Shown: in pieces, positions 1 through 11,095 of the stretch
How positions within the stretch are numbered: position 1 is the stretch's first letter
How the letters are laid out: every line of letters begins with the position of its first letter
Origin: Lingula anatina
Lineage: Eukaryota > Animalia > Brachiopoda
DNA length: 64,000 nucleotides
Reading direction: 5' to 3'
Assembly (NCBI GenBank): GCA_051362555.1
Contig: CM120645.1
Coordinates: 7,564,001-7,628,000 of the forward strand
Notes under the pieces: model-generated
What the model was told of the DNA's origin: nothing
Seen by the model: the letters and a program-made list of their open reading frames with translations, nothing else
Database searches by the model: none
Program-made: the position numbers and the translations under genes

Positions 1-569
1 TCATTTTTTTACAATAAACTTGCAAGAAAGACGCAAGAGCAAATACAAATGTATATGCATACGCTAAGAGCCTGCGTCTTCCAAAATGGCTCCACTAGAA
101 CTATAATAAAATATCTTGAATCTTAAAATATCTTGGTAAAGTAATCTGGGGATCAGTGCATGTATGACATGAGCGAAATTTCATGTTACCAATTAACAAT
201 TACCTTACTTTTCCAGTGCTAAATTCAATGAGACTAGGCGGGTAGTATACGACGATGCTGGTGATAGATAAGAGTGAAACTTGACGCTTTTTTAACTCCA
301 TTGTATAATGAGCGGAACATTCGGAGTACGATATGAATATTTATTGTGACTGATAACGCAGTATGTCATTACATGTAAGTCCTTTCAGACAACAACGGCC
401 AAAGGGTTGGAAGCCAGAGTATTTTTTTTAATTCTTAATTGAATCAACGTTTGCATGTACATGCGGCATCAACTTTCAACTATCCAACGTTTTCATGTAA
501 AAGCAGGTACTTGTGCGTATTTTAATACAAACCATCGACTAAACACAAGTAAATAGTTTTGAATGCTAC

Positions 570-770
570 TTTTACTCACCGTTGCAATTTCCAAACAATC
601 GACTGATCTACCTGTTGGTATCCAACAGTAACCTTTTCAAGTTTGATTTAAATTGATCAGAAACAAGAGTTATCTATCGTATGTTACAGTCGTCTATACT
701 TGAATGAGGATATGCTGGCGCAATATCACATGACACAGCTAGTACACGTGATCACAAGCCACCGCCCTTT
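570..770 (-). promoter_or_regulatory. Promoter and non-coding first exon of a third TIL-cluster paralog (coding part lies left of the window)
   Basis: Minus-strand donor GTGAGT (ttactcaccgttgcaatttccaaa at ~572-595) and motif block tggcgcaatatcacatgacac (716-736) align with 4743-4925 and 8773-8945, which precede the two complete TIL genes. Confidence 0.65.
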
Positions 771-1681
771 AAATATTACGTCAAGGCAATATTATTCACT
801 TGATGTTGATGTACGCTGTTGTTCATTCTCATATTACCAAACATTTGTCTCTGTGGCACCCACTATAGAAAACGGAAGTTAGCTGGCTTTCAGAAAATTC
901 TTGTATTTAACACGGTTAAGGTGCCCATAGATGACTAACGTGGAGTGGGGAAAGACCAACTAAGTTTAGGTGCCATGGTGAATTCAGAGACCCAGACTCG
1001 GATGTTCCCTCCAAACCCATTAACTCTTAGAGGTACACACGCTTCAGGAAGTCAGTGAATTAATTTCGATCATCTCGGCAGACAGGTCTAATGTGACCTT
1101 ATCAGTGAAAACCACATGATTCCAGAGTTGGTATCTGAAACGGCTGATGGCCTCCAGTTCAATGCAGACAAGGCTTAATTGGGACCGTTTGCCTCTCAAT
1201 GGCCTGTCCCCTGGTTGTACGCTCTTGAAGCCCTGAGTGTGGACTGTACGTACTGTAGGCCCACCATTATGGGCAAAGTTTTTGAATACAGTTGGAAAGG
1301 TCCTTTGTGACACAAAGATCTATTTGGCAATGTCCGATGTTTATTATTATTATTATCATTATTATGTGCATGTAGATGTATTGTGGTGGTCTTATAATTT
1401 GTAAAAACGTCAGTACACAGCAGTCGTTGTAACATGTATAGTAGCATATATGTGATTGAAAAGAATCAACAGAAGACACTCCAGTGTTTGATAAACGTAG
1501 GACTTTGTGTTAACATTATAGATTATCTGTCTTACCTAGATAAAGCACATTCACCAAGTTTACATTGGCTATGGTTCCACGATTTTACGATTTTAAGAAA
1601 CGGGTACCCACGTAGATACATTTATCAGTTATCGGAATTATCAAACTCGAAATACATGGCACGTTGGTTATCTATAACATT

Positions 1682-1734
1682 AAGGCCTACACTACACGTT
1701 TTAAAATGATGTCCATTCATGTAGTGTAGGCCTT
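1682..1734. mobile_element. Tiny hairpin/MITE remnant
   Basis: Perfect 15-bp inverted repeat aaggcctacactaca (1682-1696) / tgtagtgtaggcctt (1720-1734). Confidence 0.5.
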
Positions 1735-2350
1735 CTTAAAAAGTGCAAAATGAACAATAAAGTAAAAAAGGGGGGGTAAGAAGCGTTCTATCCTTGAGGT
1801 TATAAAGGTTAAATGAAGTTAAATGAAATTAAAGGATATCGCTAATCTGCGCCGATATATTATGACGGTGAAAAGCTGCGGCCAGGGATGGAGCGACAAC
1901 AGCTAGCAGTCTAAATCTTTCAGATTTTTTTGACACTTTGAAGTAGTCCTCCAACATTAGAGACTTAAATAGGAGTTAGTTTAGAGTTAATGAATAGGTT
2001 TGTCTGACTAAAAGTGTATTTTACTTCCTGTTATAATACTTGGCATAAGTTCTTCTTAAACTGTGACAATAATATAAGATAGCTTTCATAGTAATTCTGT
2101 TTAAGTATGTTTTAACCAGGCAGATTGTGAGTTGTCTGGGTGCGTACAACGTTTCAGCCATATGCTTTACTGAATTTGTGGCAATCAGCGTCTAGTGAAT
2201 TAAAAAGAAAAATAAAGCATACCAGGCCAACATCTCACATCACAAAATCACAAACTATTGGAAACAACCTTAACGTTGTTTATTTTTTTTTTTCATTTCC
2301 ATTTTAACCACACTTGTGGACAGGATATTGAGACAATACTGATGACCGTT

Positions 2351-2883
2351 TCACTCTTCCTCCTCCTCCACCTCCTGCGGGCAGTCCGCCATGCTGGCCA
2401 CGCACTGGGTGCTGGTCGCAGTGACCCTGACCATGTCCTTGGGGCACGCGCAGCCAATGACACACCTCTTGTGGCAGGTTTCTGGTTGCTCTTGTCCACA
2501 AACCGGTGGACACGTGGAAGCGCAGAACCTCCACTCCAAATCCCCTTGACATCGAATAGGAAAATTGGTTGGTCCCACAATCTCTCCTTGAAAAATAACA
2601 ATAATGAGTGCAGATTGTCATTGTGACTCATTTGGTTGTACATGTATTCAGTGGGATCATTGGAAATGTAAAATAAGGTTCTAGTTGCTAAAAATCTAAC
2701 CAAACATTGAAAAACAAACAGTTCTGTACACCTGTTGATAAACAACAAAAACAATTGACTTTATCCATATCACCGTAAAACTTTATTTGCTAAACTGATA
2801 ATAATGTCATAAGGTGACTTACTCCTACCGGAACAGTCTGTCCCAACTAGTAATACAACTAACAAGGTAATCACGATCTTCAT
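2351..2883 (-). CDS. Secreted trypsin-inhibitor-like (TIL) cysteine-rich protein, paralog A, ~96 aa; exons 2883-2829 and 2586-2351
   Basis: Signal exon MKIVITLLVVLLVGTDCS, phase-1 GT-AG intron, then 10-Cys TIL pattern CQGDLEWRFCASTCPPVCGQEQPETCHKRCVIGCACPKDMVRVTATSTQCVASMADCP; minus-strand AATAAA at ~2279-2284. Confidence 0.9.
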
Positions 2884-2919
2884 CTTAACAGTGTTGATCT
2901 GGAAATATAACCATCTAAA

Positions 2920-3620
2920 ATTTTTTTTTTTTTTTAAACAACGTTTATTCAAAAGAATGAAGTGGAGGCAAGGCGCTGGAAGCATTATATGCTCTCCACA
3001 AAATTAAATTAAATAAGTAAATAAATAAATAAAACAAATGGATAGGTATATACATATATACAACAGAGTAAATGTAAAACTTCATATATATATCAGGAGC
3101 ACAAGTTAAGTACAGAAAGAAAGAAGAGGAAAAGAGATAATACCTATTAAGTGATAACAAAGTTTACGAGAAGAAAATTTGCAACAGTGTCGAAGATAAT
3201 TTCATTTTGGGTGGGTGATAAGGATTTATGACCGTAGAGAAATAACGACAGCTTTTCTTTTTGTGTTTTGAAAGAGGTCTTGCTTGCATGTAGAGTTTCA
3301 TTTATTTTTTGGTAAAGGGGAGGGTACTTTGAATTGAGTAAAGGGCATCTGAAGAAAAAGTGAAGAGGGGTTTCAAGGGCACCACAGGTGCAGTGTGGTG
3401 TATCAATAGTAGTCCAGTTATGCCTAAACAATTCTGCTCTAAATAAACAACCGACCCTCGCTCTGTTAAGAATTTTTTCATGATTTCTGTTCAAGTTTAG
3501 TGTTGTTGTTGAAAGCGACCCAGCAGTGAGGTGTTTTTTTATCGAGTTCTTGAAAGATGAGAACCATCTAAAATAAACGAAAACCAAAATTTTTTGGCTT
3601 AGTTCGTGGTGTTGTGATGT
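2920..3620 (-). mobile_element. 5'-truncated non-LTR retrotransposon (CR1/L2-group-like) 3' end in intron 1 of TIL-A
   Basis: ORF 3147-3587 has the C-terminal zinc-knuckle motif LFRH...PHCTCGALETPLHFFFRCP, followed on the minus strand by AATAAA (~2944-2949) and a poly(A) tail (2920-2935). Confidence 0.8.
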
Positions 3621-3734
3621 TTACCTCAAACATTTTGATTTGAAATGAACAAATGAATACGTTTAAACCATGGTGATTTCGTTTAAACGCTTCACCTCAG
3701 TTTTAAATATTTTCCACCAGAATTGCAGTCTTAA

Positions 3735-4520
3735 AGGTATGATAAATTGTTTTTCGGTGGTCCTTCATTTTGACTATTTCTTGAATATGGATGAGTTAAT
3801 ATGATATACGGGTGCATATGCATGTAAAATCTGAATTGATTTGGGGTCCAAACCGCAAAATATAAACACAATGTGGCACACAGTGTAAAAGCAACTCTCT
3901 AGATTTTGAGCAAATCATTTCACAACCCTATGATCGACCTATGATAGTTTTGCACATCATAAGAAAGAACGTATTCCTTGAGCAACAATGTGAGTGGTAG
4001 ATAGTTCTGGGATGAATCCTTTTTTATTTAGAATCAAAACATCAAACTGGTGAATGGTTGATACGTAAGAGCCATATTCTTTGTTTTGCAAGTCGTGTTT
4101 AATAGGATTTGTCCGACCTGTTGTCTGCATCAATATGAATCCACGTACGCACAGGTGCCAGGCGAAAAGGGATTTGCGGGCAATGTGCGAGCCTAAGACT
4201 GCTATATGCATTTTCGCATCCACGAAACTTAAATGTAAGGTGTTACTATTTCATCCTGCGATGTGAATCTTTTTCCTTGAATCGCTTTAGGTCAGCCGTC
4301 ATTTTTTAAATTTGAACAAAATTAAATTGTGTTTTATGAGCCAAGCAAAACCCTAACGACAAAAAATACCGCCTAGTCTGCAAATTGGGGACATCTGGCG
4401 AACACCCTGCTCATCAATATTATGGAATTCAAACGTAAAGGGCTGATCATATTATTTGGCTGGACTGTGACAAGCCAGTAGAGTGAATTAAAAAAAAACT
4501 TTATAGGATGATTTGCACCT
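3735..4520. mobile_element. Non-autonomous DNA transposon with TTAA flanks (Kolobok/piggyBac-type ends)
   Basis: ttaa|aggt at 3731-3738 and acct|ttaa at 4517-4524; no counterpart is evident in the shorter paralogous intron of TIL-B. Confidence 0.55.
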
Positions 4521-4742
4521 TTAAAAATGCGTTAATTGACAGTGTTTTCAGACAATAGCATCTTCTTCCCCTCTCTATGAAAATTTTGGTCAGCTAATTT
4601 TAGAGTATAATTGATTATATTAATATAATTAATTGAAGCGATTTAGCGTGTGGTTGATCCCCGTTCAACTAATCAACAAAATAAAACGTTTACCCCACGG
4701 TCTCATGAACATTACTACGAACGAATGATCTAAATTTTGCCA

Positions 4743-4925
4743 TTACTCACCGATTCAATTTCCAAATAGACAACAGATCGTCACGTCGTGCTTAAACAAT
4801 ATACCTGGCTGTCTGCTTCACAAGGATCAAACCCAATATCTCGTAAGACCAGATGTTATTTCGCGTTTATATGTGAAAGTGTCTGCTGGTCTACTATCAC
4901 GTGACACAAGTTACGTCATCGCAAG
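4743..4925 (-). promoter_or_regulatory. Promoter and non-coding exon 1 of TIL-A
   Basis: Donor GTGAGT at ~4745-4750, TATA-like ATATAAA (4866-4872, minus strand), TCACGTGAC 4897-4905, TTACGTCA 4911-4918; conserved in three paralogous positions. Confidence 0.7.
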
Positions 4926-5312
4926 AAAACGCCCTTTAACAATGATACCATATGACAGTGTTTTTTATGCCTAACATTCTAGTGTGCTTAGTATATGCAC
5001 CGCTCTTAAAGTTGCATCAATTACATTGTGTATGCATCTACTTATACAAGTATTATCCTTCAACCAAAATTTACAATATAATATGGACATGATCAATTTT
5101 GGTGTCAGACTTAAGAAATAAATGATATATTTCTCAATGTTATGACCGCTAACGGCCTGACTGCGTGTTTCTAATCACGTACATATTTGGTTTTAAACGA
5201 TATAAGGCATATTAGTTACTCTACAATATAAATAAGGGGAAAGCATAGATTCCGTGCTGTTCAAACCAACCAATCGTTTTCCATGTGTCCATTTTCCATA
5301 GTCAATATCCGC

Positions 5313-6300
5313 AATGATAACTTCTAGGTTTCACTCAAGATTCAGTTATGATATTGGACGTCCAGTCTATTAAGCATGCTGGCGCTTACATTAATTCATC
5401 ATCACAATGAAAAACCCTATACTAATAACATGATTACTTTTCATTCGACGCACGTGCTCATCTTTTGTTATATGTAGTTTAGGTATATTGTTTTAAACGC
5501 CAGTTTATGCTCTTAGATCAGGTAAGTAATAGACAGACGTTAGTAAGGTCTGTTGCTTATAAAAATATGCATATTTCTTATGACATTACATCTAACCATA
5601 TACTCGTATTTGCTTATACACTTTGTATGAAATGAAAACGATGTTGATCTCACATCACAAACAGACTTTTTTGTAAAATACGACAGGATGGATGTACCTC
5701 CTGCCAGTATTGCACATCAAAGCCTTTGAGTCTAGACAATATCAAACAAAGATCGAACCAAAGTCAAAGAGATACAATTTATTCTTTGATCATTTGCATG
5801 AAAAGGGAAGGGTTAACATAATTATATATATGATCATGCCTGGACAGTTTTGACTTATAAACATAGCCGGATTAACACACGTGACCATAAATAGACAGTT
5901 GTGGCTTGAAAACAGAGGTTGATTAACACAGCAACCGATAGTACATACATATGCATATTTGGCACGGTCCTCGCGCTTTAAGGGGGGGGGGGGGGGCGTA
6001 ATTCAATGAATTTATAAATGTTGCCGTGCAGTTGTATTGACTTTGAGTTTGGTGTCTGACCAGATAATGACCATTTATTAAAATCTTTGTCTTGCGTCCA
6101 AATAAAAATCCAAAACACGATCAACTACGTACTGAACTCAACTTAGACAAACGGATTACTGTATATGTAGTTAATTAACATTAAAATAAATCACGTTTAT
6201 ACAGATCGACAACATCACACCAATATTATATGATTATTTACTTTAGCAATAGAAAGCATAATATATATTCTATAAAGCGTTAGTTTTGACATTGGAGTGC
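5313..6300. repeat. Diverged segmental duplicate of 9332-10340 (upstream flank of the TIL genes)
   Basis: Collinear shared blocks: aatgataacttcta(g/a)gtttcactcaag, catcacaatgaaaaaccctatac, caggtaagtaatagac, gattaacacagcaaccg, gaactcaacttagac, gcgttagtt. Confidence 0.85.
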
Positions 6301-7542
6301 ATGTGTTACCACCTGAAACTGAATGCTCTCCCATGATTGTGAGTGTAATTTATTTTATAGGTTTTGCTTTAAAAGTCTTAGTAATAAATATTGAAGAAAT
6401 TTAGCCACACTAAATGTGTTAATTTTTCGTAAGTTGGCTATAAAAAGCGGAACAATTTGTAACTTTTAACCAATAAGAATGCCTCTATTGCCGTAATAAA
6501 GCTATCTTGACCTTGACTTTTATAATGAACTGTGTCGTCTGCTGAGCAGTACTCGCTAGCGTTCTCCTAGCTCCTACATGTAGCTTTCCTTTTCCTAACA
6601 ATAGTTACGGTCAAGGTAACAAAAGAGATGCGTCAATTTGATTGCTCCTATTGGATGGCTAACTCACGGCACTGAAAGGAAAAATTGTTCCAGTCTAAGT
6701 ATTCAAATCATGGCATAATTTCAAGGAATATATGAAGTCAATTACTTTTGAACATTTGGGATTTATAACACTTCTAATATTTTACACTCGCAAAAATGGG
6801 CTAGTATTTTCATTTGTGTTGGGAAAATATTGAAGTGAATTTGGACATAATACCTTTAGTAACCATGATTACAACAAAATAAAAATAATGAAATACATAA
6901 ATCAAATTCCAAATCTATAAACCACATCGCAAAGAAAAAAAGGTACCTGCAAACTAAACAATTATCACTAAACAGAATAACTTGGCTAGAAATTCAGATT
7001 TCAAATCTAATATTGTAAGTGGTAAAACTACCTGCGTAAGGATATATGTTACTCCCTCTACTTTTCATCCTTTAAAGTGCACAGTGGCGAATTCAGTAAT
7101 GAAAGAGAGTTGGAATCGCTTCATCTTTGATGTAAAACGTAGCTATTATACACGTAGCTGTGACAATGTATAAATAAAAGCAGCGACCAAGGCGGGGGGA
7201 GAAGCCCAATTCTTTTTTTTATATTTGAACTTGCAAGTTATGTTCCATATACGAGACTTACATCACAATTTGAATAGAGTTATTTAATCAGTTTGCCTGG
7301 CTTCTTAAATAAAAAAATCGTGGGCGTAAGTTGTTTGTTTTGTTTAATGTGGGTAAATACAAAGTTAAACCATTTGCTTTATTGACCTTCTAGTTATAAG
7401 TAAAAAGAAAAATAAATCGCACCCGACCAACACCTATATCACAAAGTGACAAAAAATTGGTGACAATCTTTACGTTGTTTATTGCATTTCATTTTTGAAC
7501 CAAACTTGTTTACAGAATATTGACACAGTAATGTCGGCTGTT

Positions 7543-8069
7543 TCACGCGTACTGCGGACAGTCCTCCATACTGTCCACGCACAAGATGCTGTTAGCGGAG
7601 ACCCTGACCTTGTCACCGGGGCACGCGCAGCCACTGACACACATTTTGTGGCAGCCTAATGGTTGCTTTTGCCCGCAAATCGGCGGACAAGCAGAACCGC
7701 AGGAATTCCACTCCAAATGTCCACGACATCGTTTTGGAACACGTATGGGTACATTGGACACTCGATGCACTAGAGGTTAATTGAAAAGAAAATATAGAAT
7801 TATGAGTATTTTAATTAACATATCGCTATTGAGACTTATTGAATATACTTATTGCTATCATTGAAGTGATATAAAAGAACATAACAAAAATCTGACCAAT
7901 TATGGGAAAGATAAAACGGTTTTATATAGCTGTCCTTGGACAAAAATAATTGCCCTTTTCCATGTTAACGTTGGATTCGTTTGATGAACAGAATAATAAC
8001 ACAAAGCCACGTACAACTACAGTCTGTTCCAACTGCTAGTACCACAAGCAAGACGATTACGATCTTCAT
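7543..8069 (-). CDS. Secreted TIL cysteine-rich protein, paralog B, ~93 aa; exons 8069-8015 and 7769-7543
   Basis: Signal exon MKIVIVLLVVLAVGTDCS (55 nt, same as paralog A), phase-1 intron, 10-Cys domain CRGHLEWNSCGSACPPICGQKQPLGCHKMCVSGCACPGDKVRVSANSILCVDSMEDCP; 3' UTR similar to paralog A. Confidence 0.9.
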
Positions 8070-8772
8070 CTTTTCAGTGTTGACCTGGAATATAATGATT
8101 TAATATAAAAGAATACCAAAATACCCCCGGGGCAGCAGTAGTGGCTCTTTCTCTCCCCCTTTCCTTCTCTGCCTCTCTCAGCCATATTATCCCAATACGT
8201 TGGTGCCACATCCCGGTTGAACCAACTCTTCTGACGTTTTTTCCGCTCAGAAAATGTCAATCGAACCTATTATTCATGCATGTAACTGATATTTTACCAA
8301 GGATATATTTAACGGACAGATTTGACGAATAAACAAAATTAAATGGTTTAAAACCTAACAGAAAGGAAGGTAGCAAGGCGTGAAGTTGGGTGACAAAATG
8401 ACTCCCAGATTTTTTTATTACAGTAAACAGTGTTTTTTTTTTATTTTGTGTACATTACACGTTGAATCAAGGCGTGCACCAACATAAAACACATTAGATA
8501 ACAACTTAGAGGACAAAATTGCAAATGCATTAAATAAACAGGTTATTTCAGACAACAATGGCATCTTCTTCCAATCGCATGTAAGATTTGGTGCGTGAAT
8601 TCTAAGTTCAAGTATGTTTAACTATATATGAATATATTTAACTGGATAGATATTAACGCGTGGTTGATCCGCTTTCAATATTAATCAACAAAATTAAACG
8701 TCCTCGATGGTACATATTCTAATAAAAACAGTTCCATCGACTGGACTACAATAGAATCATCTCAATTTTGCC

Positions 8773-8945
8773 ATCACTCACCGTTGCAATTTCCAAATAG
8801 ACAGCAGATCTTTGAGTTGGGTACCTGTAAGTCTGGCTCAAAAGGATCAATACCGATTCCCCATAAAATGATAGACCGGACGTTAATGTCGAGTTTAAAT
8901 ATGCTGGTGCAATATCACGTGACAAAAGTCACGTCATCGCAAAGT
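8773..8945 (-). promoter_or_regulatory. Promoter and non-coding exon 1 of TIL-B
   Basis: Donor GTGAGT at ~8776-8781, TGGTGCAAT 8905-8913, TCACGTGAC 8915-8923, TCACGTCA 8929-8936. Confidence 0.7.
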
Positions 8946-9331
8946 ATCACCCTATTACGACTTTATCACGGCATAACAACCCCATATTTACAAGATATGA
9001 ACACTGATCAATTGCGGTCCAATACTTGAGAATAAAAGAATGCTGGCCGCACACTTGCTTTTATAAATTACATGTAAGGCATTAAGCGATATAAGGGACG
9101 GTACAGAATGATGGAATTATGAAAAGGCAATCAAAAGAAAAGAATACTTTCAAGCCAACCGATTACTGAAATTTATTTCGAACTTCTGTGATGCACGTGA
9201 TCGACAATGATTGCCCAAAATTTATTCGTAAGTCACCCTGCTAAAAAGTTAAATACCTAATACCAAACACAGATATGGTTTCCAAATAGGCCCTTATAAT
9301 TGAGGATACTTCGTACGTGTGCTGAACTTTA

Positions 9332-10340
9332 GAATGATAACTTCTAAGTTTCACTCAAGGTTCAGTTATAATATTAGACATCCAGTCTGTTAACGTTGTA
9401 TACATGCGACAGAATGCTGATGCTTACATCAATTCGTCATCACAATGAAAAACCCTATACCATTATATGACTTTTTTATTCAACGTTTGTTCTCATGTAC
9501 AGAGGCCTTTCCTAAGTTGTCATAGGTAGCTTAATTTTTTGTTTAAAAAGCCGGTTTATGCTCTTAGTTCAGGTAAGTAATAGACGGACGTTGGTCACAT
9601 ATCAAACATATACATATATCTAATTAAATGATATCTAACCACATGCTCGTATTTGCTTACACGTCGTATGAAACGAAAACGACGTTAATCTCACATTGCA
9701 TATAGACTTTTTGTAAATATGATAGGATGCTACATTGTACTACCAGCATTGCATCTCAGGCTTTGTGGCTATAAACAAGATCAAACGAAGATCTGAAACA
9801 AAGGCAATGAGATGTTATTTAATTATCATTTCATCATTTCATCAAAAGGGGAGAGTCGCTATAGATAACATGAATATGTTACCGTGCACGGACAGTTGTG
9901 ACTTTGAAACCAAATCAGATTAACACAGCAACCGCTTGCACATACACATCTATTTGCCATGGTCCTCGCTCTCTAAAGGGTCACGCTGTCAATCCACACA
10001 ATTTTAAAGAAAACGGAAAATTAAAAATGTTATCATGCAGTTGTTTATTGACTAGTAGTTTGGCTTTTCAGTATTTTTTTTTTTTTTTTTGAAAAATCAC
10101 CATAAATTTGAATATGATTACCCAGTATGTCTAGAGTCCATAATAAAATCTGGAATATGTTCAACGTAATCCTGATATTATACGAACTCAACTTAGACTC
10201 ATACAATATATTTTGTTTACTAAGCGTTCAAACGAAACGGATTTATTCAAATTTATGACTTAATATCAATAAAATATTATTAAACACATGTAGCAGAAAC
10301 CATAATACATAGTCTACAATGCGTTAGTTGTGATATTGGA
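9332..10340. repeat. Diverged segmental duplicate of 5313-6300
   Basis: Same collinear blocks as 5313-6300. Confidence 0.85.
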
Positions 10341-11095
10341 TTGTGCCTATTTGAGGTACCGTCGAATTAAAAGCATTCCAACGGCTGTTCTTAATCTCAT
10401 ACGATGTAACGACGCAGAATAACGTTTTGTCCCCGCGGTGTTTGGGGTTGATTTTTAACAGCAATAAGTAACCTGCACCGTATGGTAATAATCTAACAAA
10501 TCAATAATCTTCAGATCTTTTTTGCTGACTACATATTTAATAGTTTTAGTTTGGATATAATAGTGCTACTTGTAACGCATTGACTTAAAATACATTTACC
10601 AAATTTCAACACACCATATACATAACATGTTGTCTAAGAATAAAACATGTACCCACATATTGAACAAAAACCATTAATCAGAGGCATTTGACTACAGAAA
10701 TACAGGTTTCAAATCGAGAATTGCAGGATGTCAACGCCACATAGCCTCTGGTTCTTAAATATCACACACTGTGCAGGCTGATCACTTCGACTCAACTCTT
10801 ACTAAAATATTGATACACGGGTCCATTATATTAACCAACAAACAAAATAATCAGTGTTTTCGAATTTAATTATCTACTTATATGTTAAATAATTCTTGTT
10901 GACGTGAACATTCACGACAAGTGTACTTTTTAGACCAAAAGAATGTATTTAAGTTTGGTTGAAAGGTAGGCTGCCGTTTATGAAAGTTTTCATTTAAGAA
11001 ACTAGCACTCCTCTCTATTTGTTACGCACCATGATTGTCATATTAACATTTTAACACTCTCAATTGCCATCCCTTCCAATCATTGCTGGAATTAA

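Noticed and set aside
900-1365. Slightly GC-richer block ending in an (ATT)n run, with ORFs 1044-1313 and 1196-1447
   Set aside because: No recognisable motif or splice-consistent exon; possibly a decayed retroelement end but unsupported.
2258-2754. Overlapping ORFs of 105-153 aa around TIL-A
   Set aside because: Alternative-frame or antisense shadows of the TIL exon.
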